Assembly: GCA_048213135.1 (NCBI GenBank)
Contig: PS015292.1
Span: 1 to 52,243 of the forward strand
Length of the DNA: 52,243 bases
Origin: Reclinomonas americana ATCC 50394
Lineage: Eukaryota
Direction: 5' to 3'
Shown in pieces: positions 40,413-52,243 of this stretch; positions within the stretch are counted from its first letter, which is position 1, and each line of letters begins with the position of its first letter. Under the pieces are notes generated by a model. It was not told the origin of the DNA and searched no databases. It worked only from the letters and a program-made list of their open reading frames with translations. The position numbers and the translations under genes are program-made.

Positions 40413-41816
40413 ATGGCTGACGCAGGAGTACCGGAGCTCGATCTGGGCGGCAAGAAGAAGAAGAAGACTACTTCGGGCGACAAGGCCGACAAGCCCGTCA
40501 AGGCCAAGAAGACCTCGTCAGAGACACCCACACCCACACCAGATGGTAAGTGATGCGCCCTCACACCTCACATACACACGCGCGCGTGTGTGCGCGTGTG
40601 CCACGAAAGTGTCGATGTCTTGATGTACCCTTTCGTTCTCGCACACTCACACACACGCACACACTCTCATCCCACACTGGTGCCCACACACAGCCTCTGC
40701 TCTCTCTCTCTCTCTCACATACACACACACATACACGCACACTCTTGCGCCTTGTGTATGTGTTGTCCTTGTGCAAGTGGTGATGTCCATGCTCATCACT
40801 CTCTCTCTCTCACACACGCAGACGCCCCCGCACTGGAGCTCGGCGAGAAGAAGAAGAAGAAGAAGGTGGTGAAGAAGTCAGCAGACAGCGAAGGCGGCGA
40901 CACCACACCCGCAGCTGAGGGTGGCGAGGAGCCCGAGTTGGTCCTGGAAAAGGCACGCTCTCTCTCCCCCTCTTTCTGCCCTCCTCCGCACTCACGCGCG
41001 TTGTGACACGGTGTGCAGAAGAAGAAGAAGAAGAAGACGGTCAAGTCGGAGGGCGAGTCGGCCGAGTCGACACCGACAGCAGCAGCAGCGACGGAGAAGC
41101 CGAAGAAGAAGAAGCCTGCGCCTGCGCCAGTGAGCAACGATGCAGAGGGAGGTGCGAGTGATGATGACGTGGAGGCAGCGGCAGGCGATGATGCAGGTGG
41201 TGACGACGATGATGATGGAGAGGACGATGGAACGGGCTTGTCGCTGACGGAGCAGGTGGAGGGCGAGGAGGAGACCATGGGCGGACTCTACTCGTACTCG
41301 TTCCTGCTGGGCCGCGTGCTCGACATTATGTCGTCGCGCAACTTGGGAGGCGTGCGGAAGCGCACGCTCAAGCCGCCGCAGGTCGTCAAGGATGGCGCGC
41401 GAAAGACCGCCTTTACGAACTTTATCGAAATGTGCAAGTCGATGAATCGTGAGCCCGACCACGTGCAGGCCTTCTTGCTGGGTGAACTCGGTACCACTGG
41501 CAACCTCGACGGCAACGATGCGCTCATTATGCGCGGTCGTTTCCAACCCAAGGGCATCACCGCCATTCTTCGTCGTTACATTAGTTGCGTGCGCCCGACT
41601 GCGGTTGTCTCTCTTCATCTCTTTCCCCCGGCCTGTCGCTGACAGCTTGTGTTAGACGAGTACGTGGTGTGCCACATGTGCCGAAGTCTGGAGACGGTAC
41701 TAACAAAGGACCCGGCGACAAGGCTGATCCGATCACAATGCGAGAACTGCGGTGCCAGTCGCTCTGTGCAGTCGATCCACAAGGGCTACACGGCCGTCAT
41801 TCGTCGTCGCAAGTGA
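40413..41816 (+). CDS. EIF2S2: Translation initiation factor eIF2 beta subunit, 4 exons
   Basis: Poly-Lys K-boxes, YSYSFLLGRV, KPPQVVKDGARKTAFTNF, GELGTTGNLDG, GRFQPK, LRRYINEYVVCHMCRS and the CENCGASRSV zinc finger. Confidence 0.96.
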
Positions 41817-42024
41817 GCGGGATTGTTGTTGTTGTTGGTGGTGGTGGATTGGAAGCTGGGAAAGTACCCGCGAGTTCGTTGACGGAGTGAAAGGCGGATT
41901 GGAAGCAAGAATCGAAGTGATCAGCACGCGCACAGGCAGAGTGTGTGCTTTGTGTGTGTGCGTGTGTGTGTGTCACTGGGGAGGAGAGTGTGTGTCTGAG
42001 TGGACTCGCTGCGCACGATCAAAG

Positions 42025-45000
42025 ATGAACGACGAGCTCATGTCGTTGCTCCAAAGCCTCCAAGCCGGCATCATGGGCGGTGAGTGTCTCTCTGTGCTTA
42101 CACACACACTGTCTCTGTCTGTCTGTCTGTGGTGCGACACGAGCGCGTGAGCATCAGCTGTCAGAGAGAGAGAGAGAGATTGAGTGAGACTGTTTGAGGA
42201 CCTCACTCCGAGAAACACACACAACTTGCGCGCTGAGTGTGTGTGTGCTGTCGATGAGCGCATGTGACTGTGTGAAGAGAGAGAGAGAGAGAGAGCACGC
42301 GCGTGTGTGTGAACATCACTCACACGCCAATCATCATCATCATCGGTTGAAGAGGAGTGAGCAAGAGAATCCCTTTTTTGCCCACACTCGACACCAATTC
42401 TCTTCTCTCAATGAAGGTGGCGGCGGTGGAGGCGGCGGAGGCGGAGTCTTTGGTGGTCTCCTGCGCGGCTTGCAAGCCGACGAGGAGGCCGTGCAAATGG
42501 AGAGTCTGAACGAGCTCTGCAACGTGCTCAGCATGTCCACCGAGGAGAGTCTGGGTGGTGCGTGGAGCTTGCCAGTGTGTCGGCTTGCTTGCGTGCTTGC
42601 TGGCGAGGAGTTGACCATCTTGTCTATGTGAGTAGGAAGCGGCTTCTCGGTGGACAACTATGTGCCGACTCTGGTGCACTTGCTGGAGATGGAACACAAT
42701 CCCGACATTATGCTGCTGTCTGCGCGTGCGCTCACCTATCTGGTGCGTGTGTATGCGTATGTGCGACCGCACCCATAGCAGTGTTGTTTTTCTACTCACG
42801 CGATGGGCCTGCAGGTGGAAGCGCTGCCGCAGTCGGCCACGTCGATTGCGGCGCGTGGTGGTGTCAAGGCGTTGTGCGAGAAGCTGTTGGTGATCGAGTA
42901 CATTGACTTGGCGGAGCAGGCGCTGTTGGCGGTGGAGAAGATGTCGGTGGAGAGTGGCGACGCTGTCCTCAAGGTTTCGGCACTTGTGTTGCACTCTGCA
43001 CGCTCTTCTTTTCCTGCTCACACTTGCGCAGGAGGGCGGTCTGATGGCCGTGCTGTCGTTTGTCGACTTTTTCCCCATGCACTTGCAACGCACGGCGGTG
43101 ACGGCGGCGGCCAACATGCTGCGTGCACGCATTCCGCGTGACTCGTTGCACTTTGTGCGCGACGCGGTGCCGCTGCTGGAGAACCTTCTCGTGTACAGCG
43201 ATGGCAAGAGTTGCGTGTGATGTTTTCCCTCTGCCTTTGCTTGTGCAAGCGGGCGTGCTGACGGGATTGCAGTTGTGGAGAACGCCTGTATGGCGCTGAC
43301 CCGTGTCGGCGACGCACTCGCCCGGGACACCAGCAACATTGCGCCGGGTCAGTCGCTGTCGGCTCTGATGCGCACACGCTCGTCACAGGCGGCAGCGGCG
43401 GCGGCAGAGGAAGAGGTTTCGCCGGAGGAGCGTCGAGCTGGACTGCAGTGCATGGCCACCGAGTCGCTGGTGCTTCGTCTCTTCAATGTGGTCTCGATGG
43501 GAGCCGAGTCGCAGCTGCTGAGGTGCGGGAGTGTGAACTTCTTGTGTGTGTCCGTGTGTTTGTCGAACTGACTTGTTGTTTCTCGATTGCAGTGAAACCA
43601 CTCGTTCCTCTGTGCTTCGGTTGATTGTGCGTCTGGTGTCGACGCATCGGCGTCTCACACTCGGCCTGCTGCACGGCAATGCCGCGCAAGTGCTCGCCTC
43701 CGCACTCGCTGCCGGTGCGGTGTCCCGTCCAGCTTTCTAAGCGCGTCGAAGAGAGCACTCACATTTGGTTGATTGCAGGGGCAGGAAGCAGCGGTGCGGC
43801 CATGGGTGGACAGGAGGTGTCGTCCGACTTTGTCGACGGATGCATGCGCCTGTTGTGTCAGATGCTGCCGGATCTGGAACAAGGTGTGTGTCTCCTCGTA
43901 TGCCATTGCTGCTGCAGCAAAATTCGTGCTCACGTGCTTGAGGAGCAGACACTTTCGAGGCACTGGCCGAAGCGTCGTCGCAGATTGGAGCCGGTGCCAC
44001 AGGGAGGGAGTTGCAGGATGCGTGGTCAGAAGAGTTTGCGTTGTACACGGACTTTTGCACGGTGCGTGGTCGTCTATCTTAATCAATGCTTCTTCCGTGA
44101 CTCGTCACCCATTTATGTGTCTCCCCTAATTCCAGCGCATCTTGGCGCCCGTGATGCACGTGTTCGCCTCGGCTGTGTTCCCCTCGGTGCGCCACTCGTC
44201 GCTCATTGTGTGCGCACGAGTCGTCCAGTCGGCGCCTGCCGAGGCGCTGCGTGATGTGCTGCGAGTTGCGACGTGCCACACTCGCGAATGCACTCACAAG
44301 TTGACAACAAGCACTGAACTCTTGCTTTGTCGCGCACAGGACGTGCCGTTCTCGTCGTTTATTGCCAGTCTCATGGGAAGCAGCGATCTCGGCATTGTGG
44401 CCACCGCCATGGAACTGGCGGAGGTGCTCGTAGATAAGCTGCCCGACATTTATCGTGCACTCTTTATCCGCGAGGGAGTGACCACGCAAGTCCGTCGCCT
44501 GGTGCAAGGGTTTGTTGTGAGCCCACTTTAATCATTACAACCCCGGTGTTCTCATACAGCTGGTGCAGGCGCTCGGGTCGTACGGTACCTGCAGTCGTCA
44601 AGACAACTTCGTTTTCCCCGGGAATGCCGCACGTCAGCCGAAGCTTTGACGCGGCACAGTCGCCGTCGTTCTTGCACACGCTGTCGGACACCAATCTCAC
44701 GCATCTCGGTGAGAAAAGCGCACACGGAGCGTTTCTCGCCTCTCATCTTGTGCACTCATCATCGGTGCAGATTTGGAGGGTGTGGTGGTGCAGCAGGCGC
44801 GACGACTGGAGCGCAAGTATCTGGAAACTGGCGCGGATGAGGATGCGATTCTGGAGAGCGAGCAGCTAACGCGGCTGCGCGAGGTTTGTGCGATCAGCAG
44901 CTCTCGATAAAGGGCATCATCGTCTCACCTACCGTGCTGTTAGTTGGCGGACCAATTGCTCCAGTGCATGATGGACCACCAGCGACAGTTCGAGCGCCTC

Positions 45001-48000
45001 AATCACCCAGAGGTGATGCCGTCGGTCGAGGAGGAGGAGGAGATGCTTGTCGGTCATGTCGGTGACGAAGGTGTGCAAGGGGTGGAGAAGTACAGTTGTC
45101 ATCGCTCGTGCTGAACGCCATTTTCACAGGAATGGACGACGATGGTGCACAGGCCGCCATGTCCATGTCGCTGTGCTCGGAGGACAAGATCGGTGGCGCG
45201 CCAGCGTGCGCCGGTGGCGATGAGTTCTTCAGCAGCCCGCCGGCATCACCGGGCATGCCGGGCGATGAGCGTCGCTCGCAAGGATGGCCTCGCTCCACTN
45301 NNNNNNNNNNNNNNNNNNNNNNNTCAGCCCTTCAAAGTCCGCCTCCAGCGGCGTTGCGTCGTTGAACGTCGTCTTGTGAGCTACGTGGCTCGTCTCACTC
45401 TTCGTCTGCGCAGAGGGGACGCAGCAAGCATCACCATCGCACAGCAGCTCATCGCGCGGCCGTCTGGAGGCTGCCCTCAGCAGCGCCCTGAATTCTCAGT
45501 CGCAAACAGTGCTCATTGAGCCGCTGGCCACGGTCGGCGCCATTGAGGATTACGTGACACAGCGCATCGAGAAGGTTGGCGGACGCGCATCTTCGGCCGA
45601 CGACGACGGTGGTGACAGGTGCGATGCTGGGCACGCCTGTATTTTCTACCGCATTCCATCCACTGCTAACCTTCTCTTTGTCGTCTCCCCAGTCGCAGCA
45701 GCTCCGACGAACGCACCCGCGTCAATGTGATGATCAATGGTGTGGTGTTGAGCCGCGCACTGACGGTGCTGCAGGCGATTCACCAGTTCGAGGAGCACAG
45801 TTGCGATGGCTGTGTGACTCACTTCTTCATTTTTTGTAATGCTCACTTTGATGGGCGCGCAGGTGGCGCTGAGTCTACTGCGTCCCCCAAGAACGGCATT
45901 CGCCACTTGTGGGATCGAGGTGTGTGCATGGGTGCTGTTTTGTTGGTGTCCTTCTCCTTCAACGGGTCTCTCACTCTGCCTGCAAACACACAGTGCACAC
46001 CATCGAGTACACGGTTGGCGCTCGTACCTCCCGCCGCATCAGCACCTCCATGGGACCGCCGCTGGCCGCGGCCGCAGCACATCGTCGACGCCGCGCAGCG
46101 CCGCACAAGAGTCCAGCGTCTTTTGTGTCGGTGTGTATCTGTCTGTACTTTGTTGACCATTGTCAAGTCGTGCTGTGCTGATCGCCGCTGTGCGCGCGCG
46201 CGTACGTAGGATGCTTCGGAGTGTCCAATTCAGATGGGCGTGGGCCCATTGGGTGCCCTCGAGCGTTTCATGAGTGAGCTGGCGCTGCGACAGCAGAGCG
46301 CCGACACCGATCCGCTGTCGACAGAAGCGACGCGTGCCTACGGCCACTACGACAGTGGTGATGCCGACTGCGATGCAGCGCTCGCCTTGCTGTCGACCAT
46401 CACTGCTCTCAGCCAGTACGCGCCTCTTCTCCTGCAGTATTCGCATCCGCTGGTGGACGACTTGTTCGATGGTTCGTTCCACCCAGGCAGCCACGCGTTA
46501 TGACACCTGTGCTCACTCCTCGCTTTGTTGTCGCAGAGGAAGACGACGATTCGGTTCCCACGCAAATGGATGCCGATGATGCACCGGCCGCGGCTAGCGG
46601 TAGTACGGTGTGTCTCTCTAATTGTGTTGGAAGAGAGAGGAGAGGAGACGAGGCTGGAGACTCACAACTGTCGTACAGTCTCTGTCGATTGTCACTCCGA
46701 CATCTGGCGAACCGGCGGCTGCCAGTGGAGATTCCGCGACCAAGGGGCTCTCGGCTGCGCGTGCCAAGGCCATTGCCGCCGCTCATGTGCCACACAATCT
46801 GTTGTACAGCCCGCAACTGACGGCCAAGTTGAGCCGACAGCTGCAGGATCCCATCTTGATTGGCTCCGGAACGGTGCCGGAGTGGTGCCTCGCGATTCCG
46901 CTGCACTATCCGTACCTCTTCACGCTGGAGGCCAGGTTTGTGCGCGCACACACACAAGTATGTGACGTGCACTGTCCGCCTATTCATCCTCTGTGTGTGT
47001 GCAGGCGTCTGTTTGTCAGCATGACGTGGACAGACTCGAACCGTGCGCTGTCCAAGCTGCAGGACATGTTGGGTGATCGTTCTCCGTCGTCGGACGCACC
47101 ACGACCTGCACGGGCAAGGAAACACAAGATCCGCTTGTCACGCCATCGCATGCTCGAGTCGGCGATGAAGGTGATGGAGGTGTATGGCCAGCAGCGCGGT
47201 ATTCTCGAATTCGAGTACTTCCACGAAGTGGGCACTGGACTGGTGAGCAGCGAGAAGGGCGGTTTCCACTGGCTGCTGGTACTCATCTCTTTGTTGGCAG
47301 GGCCCAACCATGGAGTTCTACGCGCTGGTCTCGCTGGCGCTCCTCCACCGTCGGCTACGCTTGTGGTGGGACATGGGCGACTCGCGTGATCCGCGCAGCC
47401 CGCAACGTACCAACAGCGGCAACTTGCTCAGTGCGACCGGTTCACTGCTGTACACGCCAGGGTCGCCACCACCGTTGGCTCCTTTCGAGGAGAGTGATGG
47501 TGGTCGTCGTGACAGCGGCATCTTCATGGCGGAGGACGAAGAGGAAGGCGGTGATGGTGCGCATCACATGTTGGCGGATGGCGAAGACGAGGAGTTTGGT
47601 GGTGGCGATGGTGGCGACGACGAGGATGCTGGAAGCCCGCGTTTGTCTGCCGACTCGTCGCGTCGTTGCGTACGCAATTGTGTTCTCGCATGTCTGTTTT
47701 TTGCTAAACTTGCACATTGCCTCTTGTCTTCATTTCACGCGCCTGCAGGAGAGGTTTGGTCTTTGTCATGTCCCTCCCAGCAGAGGTTCTCTTGAAGCTT
47801 ACTCTTTGTTTTCCTCTCTCAACGCAGGAGCCTGTGCCGACACCGTTGAGTCGCGATGCGCTGGATGGCGACCGCTACGTGCAGTCGCCATTTGGCGTGT
47901 TCCCGCGGCCCATCGATCCGTCCAAGCCGCCACCCATCGTCATGTATGTGAGTGTGGCGGTGACGAATCACTCAGCCGACGATCCCGATCCCGAACCAGA

Positions 48001-50204
48001 AGACCCGGATGCGGAGGGTGATGGTGAGGATCTCATGCGGTTTCCAATCTTCGCTTTGCGCCGTTGTGTTGAGTTGTGCTCGTCTCTTGCCGCAGATCCG
48101 ATGGGCGGCAGCGGCAGTGGAGGTGCACGAGGCGACAGTGGACGGCCTGATGCCGAGGTCAGTGCTCCCGGCGAACACGACGACGACGGCGATGACGACG
48201 GTGGTGCGGAGAGCACGCCGGCTGCCGGACCATCAACAGCGGCCGCAGGTGGCAGCAGCGGCAGCAGCAGCAGTGGGCGGCCACGCCAGTCGGTCGACTT
48301 GGTGCAAGTGTTCTACTTCCTCGGTGAGGATGCACAGAAGAAGAACAGTGTGTATGAGAGGGGCAGGTGCTCACCCTTCTTGAACCTTGTACAGGCCGCT
48401 TCTGTGCGCGCTCACTACTGGACGAGCGCCTGCTCGACATTCAGTTCTCGCCCATCTTCCTGAAGGCGGTGTCTCGGCGCGACCAGCCGCTGTGCTTTGA
48501 CGATTTGCACTTTGTCGACCCGGCCCTTCACTCGCAGCTGCTTATGTTCAACGAGTTGTGCGCGGAGAAGCAGCGCATCCTCAACGATCAGTCGCTGGTG
48601 AGTGGATATAACAACCTGTCTTTTACCTTGTCTCTGCCACTCACTCACACAGGCTGGGAGACAGTCGGCGGAGGAGCGGAGAGCACGTGTCAATGCACTG
48701 GGACCGAGTGGATGCCCGGTGGAGGACCTGTGCCTGTACTTTACACTGCCGGGCCCCGACAGCTTTGAGTTGAAGCCACGAGGTGCCGACACGCCGGTCA
48801 CCATCTGGAATCTTGAGGTGTGTGTCGCAGAGCGTAAGTGTGCGTGTGTGTCGTGACGCTCAATGTTTCCCCACCACGCAGGAGTACCTCGAGTTGCTGG
48901 TCAGTGTGATCCTCCACTCGGGTGTGGAGCGTCAGCTGGCGTCCTTCTGCAGCGGTTTCAATGAGATCCTGCCAATCGAGAAGCTGCGCGTGTTTGCCAC
49001 TGCCGAACTCGATCAGCTGCTGTGTGGCGAGCGGCTGATGTGGACTCGACGAGGTCAGTGTGGGAGACTCTCTGTTTTCTGTCCCTGTCTCTCTCTCTCT
49101 CTGCCTCTCTCACTTTATCTGGCTATCTTTCTGTCACAAATGCCTGTCTCCCTCCCTCTGTTATTCGTCCCTCCTCTCTCCCTCTTGCACTCTCTCCCCC
49201 TCACTCGCCCTCTCTCTTCCTCTCTTTCTTGTGAGGCCTCTCTCCGTACTCCCCACCTGCTACTCCTGTTCTCTTTACCTCTCTCCCTTCTCCCTCTCTC
49301 CCTCTCTCCCTCTCTATCTTTCTTCCTAACTCTCCCACACTCTCCCTTGCTCGCTCCTCTCCCTCTCCTCTCCCTCTTCTCCCAGCTCTCTTACTCTCTG
49401 CATCTCTTCCCTGTCGGGCCTCTCTCCCACTCTCTCTCTCTCTTTATCTCGTTCCATGCACTCTCTCTTTCTTTCTCGCTGTCTGTCTGCCTCTCTATTA
49501 CTCGGTCTCTCTTTCCATCTATGTCTCTCCCCTTGCTGTATTCACTCCCTCACCCTCTGTCTCTCTCCATTCTCTCTCACGCTCTTTCTCTCGCATTCTC
49601 TCTCTCTCATCTTGGTAATCTTTACACTTACTCTGTTCTCTCTCTCTCTCTCTCTCTCTGTGAGACTGTCTTTGTCTCTGTCTCGTATTTCTCTCTGTCT
49701 CCCTCACTCATTCCCTCTCTGTCTCGTTTCTCGCTCTGTGCAATAATCTTGGTTCTTCACCTGACACCATCATCGCACACAGATCTGGAGGAGTACACCG
49801 TGTGCGACCACGGCTTCACGCACCAGAATCCCACCATTCAAATGCTCTTCGACATCATGTGCGAAATGTCGCCGGCCGAGCAGCGCCAGTTTGTGCAGTT
49901 TGTGACGGGCACACCCAATCTGCCGGTCGGAGGTGTGTGTGTGTGTGGTGCTGAGCGGAGATGGAGACTGTGAGTTGCTGACCGCGCGTGTGCATGCACA
50001 AACACAGGGTTGAGAAGTCTGCGGCCACCGCTGACAATTGTGCGCAAGACGGGCGAGACCATGGCGCAAGAGGAGGAGTACCTGCCTTCGGTGATGACGT
50101 GCACGAATTACCTCAAGCTGCCGCAGTACACCAGTCGCGACGTGATGCGGGAGAAGCTCACGTTTAGCATCAGCAACGGGCAGGGATCGTTCTACTTGTC
50201 GTAG
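42025..50204 (+). CDS. ARM-repeat HECT E3 ubiquitin ligase, UPL3/TRIP12/Ufd4 type (about 30 exons)
   Basis: [79 protein letters not shown] and catalytic [17 protein letters not shown]...GQGSFYLS*. Confidence 0.94.
49054..49782 (+). repeat. 729-nt CT-rich low-complexity intron of the HECT gene
   Basis: G|GTCAGT...CACAG|AT joins LMWTRR to [12 protein letters not shown]. The interior is degenerate (CT)n. Confidence 0.85.
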
Positions 50205-50773
50205 AGGTAGGAGGCTGAGTGGAATGGTGGTGTTGTTGTTGTGACAGTGATTGTGAATGGCGTGTATGAGAGAGATGGAGATGGGGCGGTGGATTGTGGA
50301 TGCTGTGAGTTCATTTGGGCCCGGTTATGAACAGCAACACTGCAGCTCACAAAGAGGCAAGCTGGCCTGACAGCAGCGGTTGGTTTCTTGTGCATCTGTT
50401 CGCTCACGGAGCTTCGGGCAAGTCGAGAATTGAGTTCTGAGTTCATAGCATCACAACGCAGTTTTCTTTGATCGCATGCGAGAGCCAAAACAGGAAACGG
50501 CCAGAGTAAGGCAAACAAATCACACCCTGGAGCACATCGTGATCATCATTAACATGAACCCGTCCAGTCCGGGCTGTTGTTCGTGGAGAGTTCCTGCATG
50601 GAAGCAGCGTCGTCGTCTAGATCTGATGCATGCATCACATATATGCATTGCTTCTCGCACACCTTCTCGCACAAACTCCGATTTGCACTCACTTGGTGAG
50701 AGGAGGTTTGCACCACTGTACATGTTCCACATCGACTTGTGCTGACTGTGACATTTCTCAGTTTGAAAAACTT

Positions 50774-50986
50774 ATGGGAAGTGCGGGAAGTGCTTTGTCT
50801 GATGCCTCTGGAGCTGCGTCGTGGCTCACCGCCCCCACCAACGCCTTCGTTGGTGGTGCTGATCTTGGCAATGCCTGGAATGATTCCCAGCAAGGAAACT
50901 TTGGTGGTGCGGCCCTGAACGGCTTTGGCGCTGTTACTCACCTGGGTGCTGCCTTTGGTGAGGGATCCGTCGGCGACGACGTGTAA
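50774..50986 (+). CDS. Candidate small Gly/Ala-rich protein (70 aa)
   Basis: An open frame MGSAGSALSDASGAASW...FGEGSVGDDV* with coding-like composition. It is preceded by an acceptor-like CTGAC...TTTCTCAG at 50746-50761, so it may be a last exon. Confidence 0.4.
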   Translation: MGSAGSALSDASGAASWLTAPTNAFVGGADLGNAWNDSQQGNFGGAALNGFGAVTHLGAAFGEGSVGDDV

Positions 50987-51071
50987 ATCGCTGCGCTCGC
51001 CGACTCCCGATCGACCTCGCATGTGCCCGCTTTTCTGCTTAAACACACTCAAATGTCGGCTCCTGTCGCAG

Positions 51072-51073
<2 letters not shown>

Positions 51074-51131
<58 letters not shown>

Positions 51132-51436
51132 AGAGAGAGAGACGNNNNNNNNNNNNNNNNNNNNNNNNNNNNNNNNNNNNNNNNNNNNNNNNNNNNNNNN
51201 NNNNNNNNNNNNNNNNNNNNNNNNNNNNNNNNNNNNNNNNNNNNNNNNNNNNNNNNNNNNNNNNNNNNNNNNNNNNNNNNNNNNNNNNNNNNNNNNNNNN
51301 NNNNNNNNNNNNNNNNNNNNNNNNNNNNNNNNNNNNNNNNNNNNNNNNNNNNNNNNNNNNNNNNNNNNNNNNNNNNNNNNNNNNNNNNNNNNNNNNNNNN
51401 NNNNNNNNNNNNNNNAGAGAGAGAGAGAGAGAGAGA
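51074..51436. repeat. (GA)n microsatellite flanking an assembly gap
   Basis: GA repeats lie on both sides of the Ns at 51145-51415. Confidence 0.95.
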
Positions 51437-52158
51437 TTAGAGAGCAAGAGCGAAGATACGAGTGATCATGAAGCAGCGGTCGAATTGGTACATTGCTCGC
51501 TGCGTGTCTTCGCTGCGTTCGTGAGCAAAGGAGGATCCAGCAAACCCATCAGCATTGCGAATCGTGATTACCCGCGCTATGTGGGAAGTGGCGAATAGAC
51601 TTGCAGAAAACATTGGAACTGAACTCAAATTTGAGAGGTGTTTTCGAAGTCATCATGCACTCGCACGGCAAGAGTGGGCGAGAAGGGTCCTCACAGTTTT
51701 GTTCACTGGTGTGTACGGGTATACTTGAACGCGAGTGCTGTTCTACAATCGCGATGCACCACAGTTTACAAGTGGGGATCAACGGAGTGCGTGTGTGTGT
51801 GAAATATGTGTGTGCGTGACAGAGAGGAGAGTGCGCCTGCTTGTGTTGTTTATCGCTTACGCTCGTCATCTGTAGCCTTCCGGGCCGAACCAGAACTTCT
51901 GCATCGCCCACGTTGTGATCATGGCAGCGTGTTGCATGGCAATACTCGTTTCGATTGTGTACCATTTTGTGTGCTGGTGGCCTCATCGCCGTGTGCAATG
52001 CCGTGTGCTTTTGACGCCTCGCGATTACGGACGTGAAGGAGCTTATAATTATGTGGTTGGAGACAGACGCCATGTTCGCACGTCAGTGTTCTTTGGAGGT
52101 GACACTCCACGTGCACCCCGAAACCGGTTTGTTTTGTTGTGTTGCATGCACTCACTGA

Positions 52159-52159
52159 T

Positions 52160-52226
<67 letters not shown>
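52159..52226. repeat. (CA)n microsatellite
   Basis: A near-perfect CA run with one interruption. Confidence 0.95.
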
Positions 52227-52229
<3 letters not shown>

Positions 52230-52243
52230 GGCTCCGCTACCTT

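Noticed and set aside
49054-49782. 396-aa Leu/Ser-rich ORF (48783-49973) suggesting a hydrophobic insertion in the HECT domain
   Set aside because: It is translation of a stop-poor CT-rich intron. Splicing restores a normal HECT sequence.

Overview
A gene-dense, intron-rich eukaryotic draft scaffold (GC-rich, probably a protist; organism not identifiable from this window) with eight N-gaps. I reconstructed about 18 spliced genes by hand: mitochondrial formate dehydrogenase, RPS29, an OSR1/SPAK-like STE20 kinase, an acylated disordered protein, a Myb protein, two large coiled-coil proteins, a divergent RagA/Gtr1 GTPase, RPAP3, an SLC25A38-like carrier, eIF3L (partial), a seven-transmembrane TKL kinase fusion, kinesin-13, a HAD nucleotidase, EFL1, a DUF4614/C19orf44-like protein, eIF2-beta and a UPL3/TRIP12-type HECT ligase. 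Most introns are about 60-100 nt and GT-AG. The strongest signal is a large second class of 5' splice sites. At least 23 of roughly 150 introns begin GTTGCG (plus GTTGAG, GTTGTG, GTTGGG), which is the normal GTGCG/GTGAG donor shifted by one nucleotide, and none of the 23 has G at exon position -1. This fits shifted-register U1 pairing or a variant snRNA. Other notable items are the 7TM-kinase fusion, a Rag GTPase lacking the catalytic Gln and part of switch I, and intergenic gaps as short as 67 bp. All gene models are manual inferences without transcript data.
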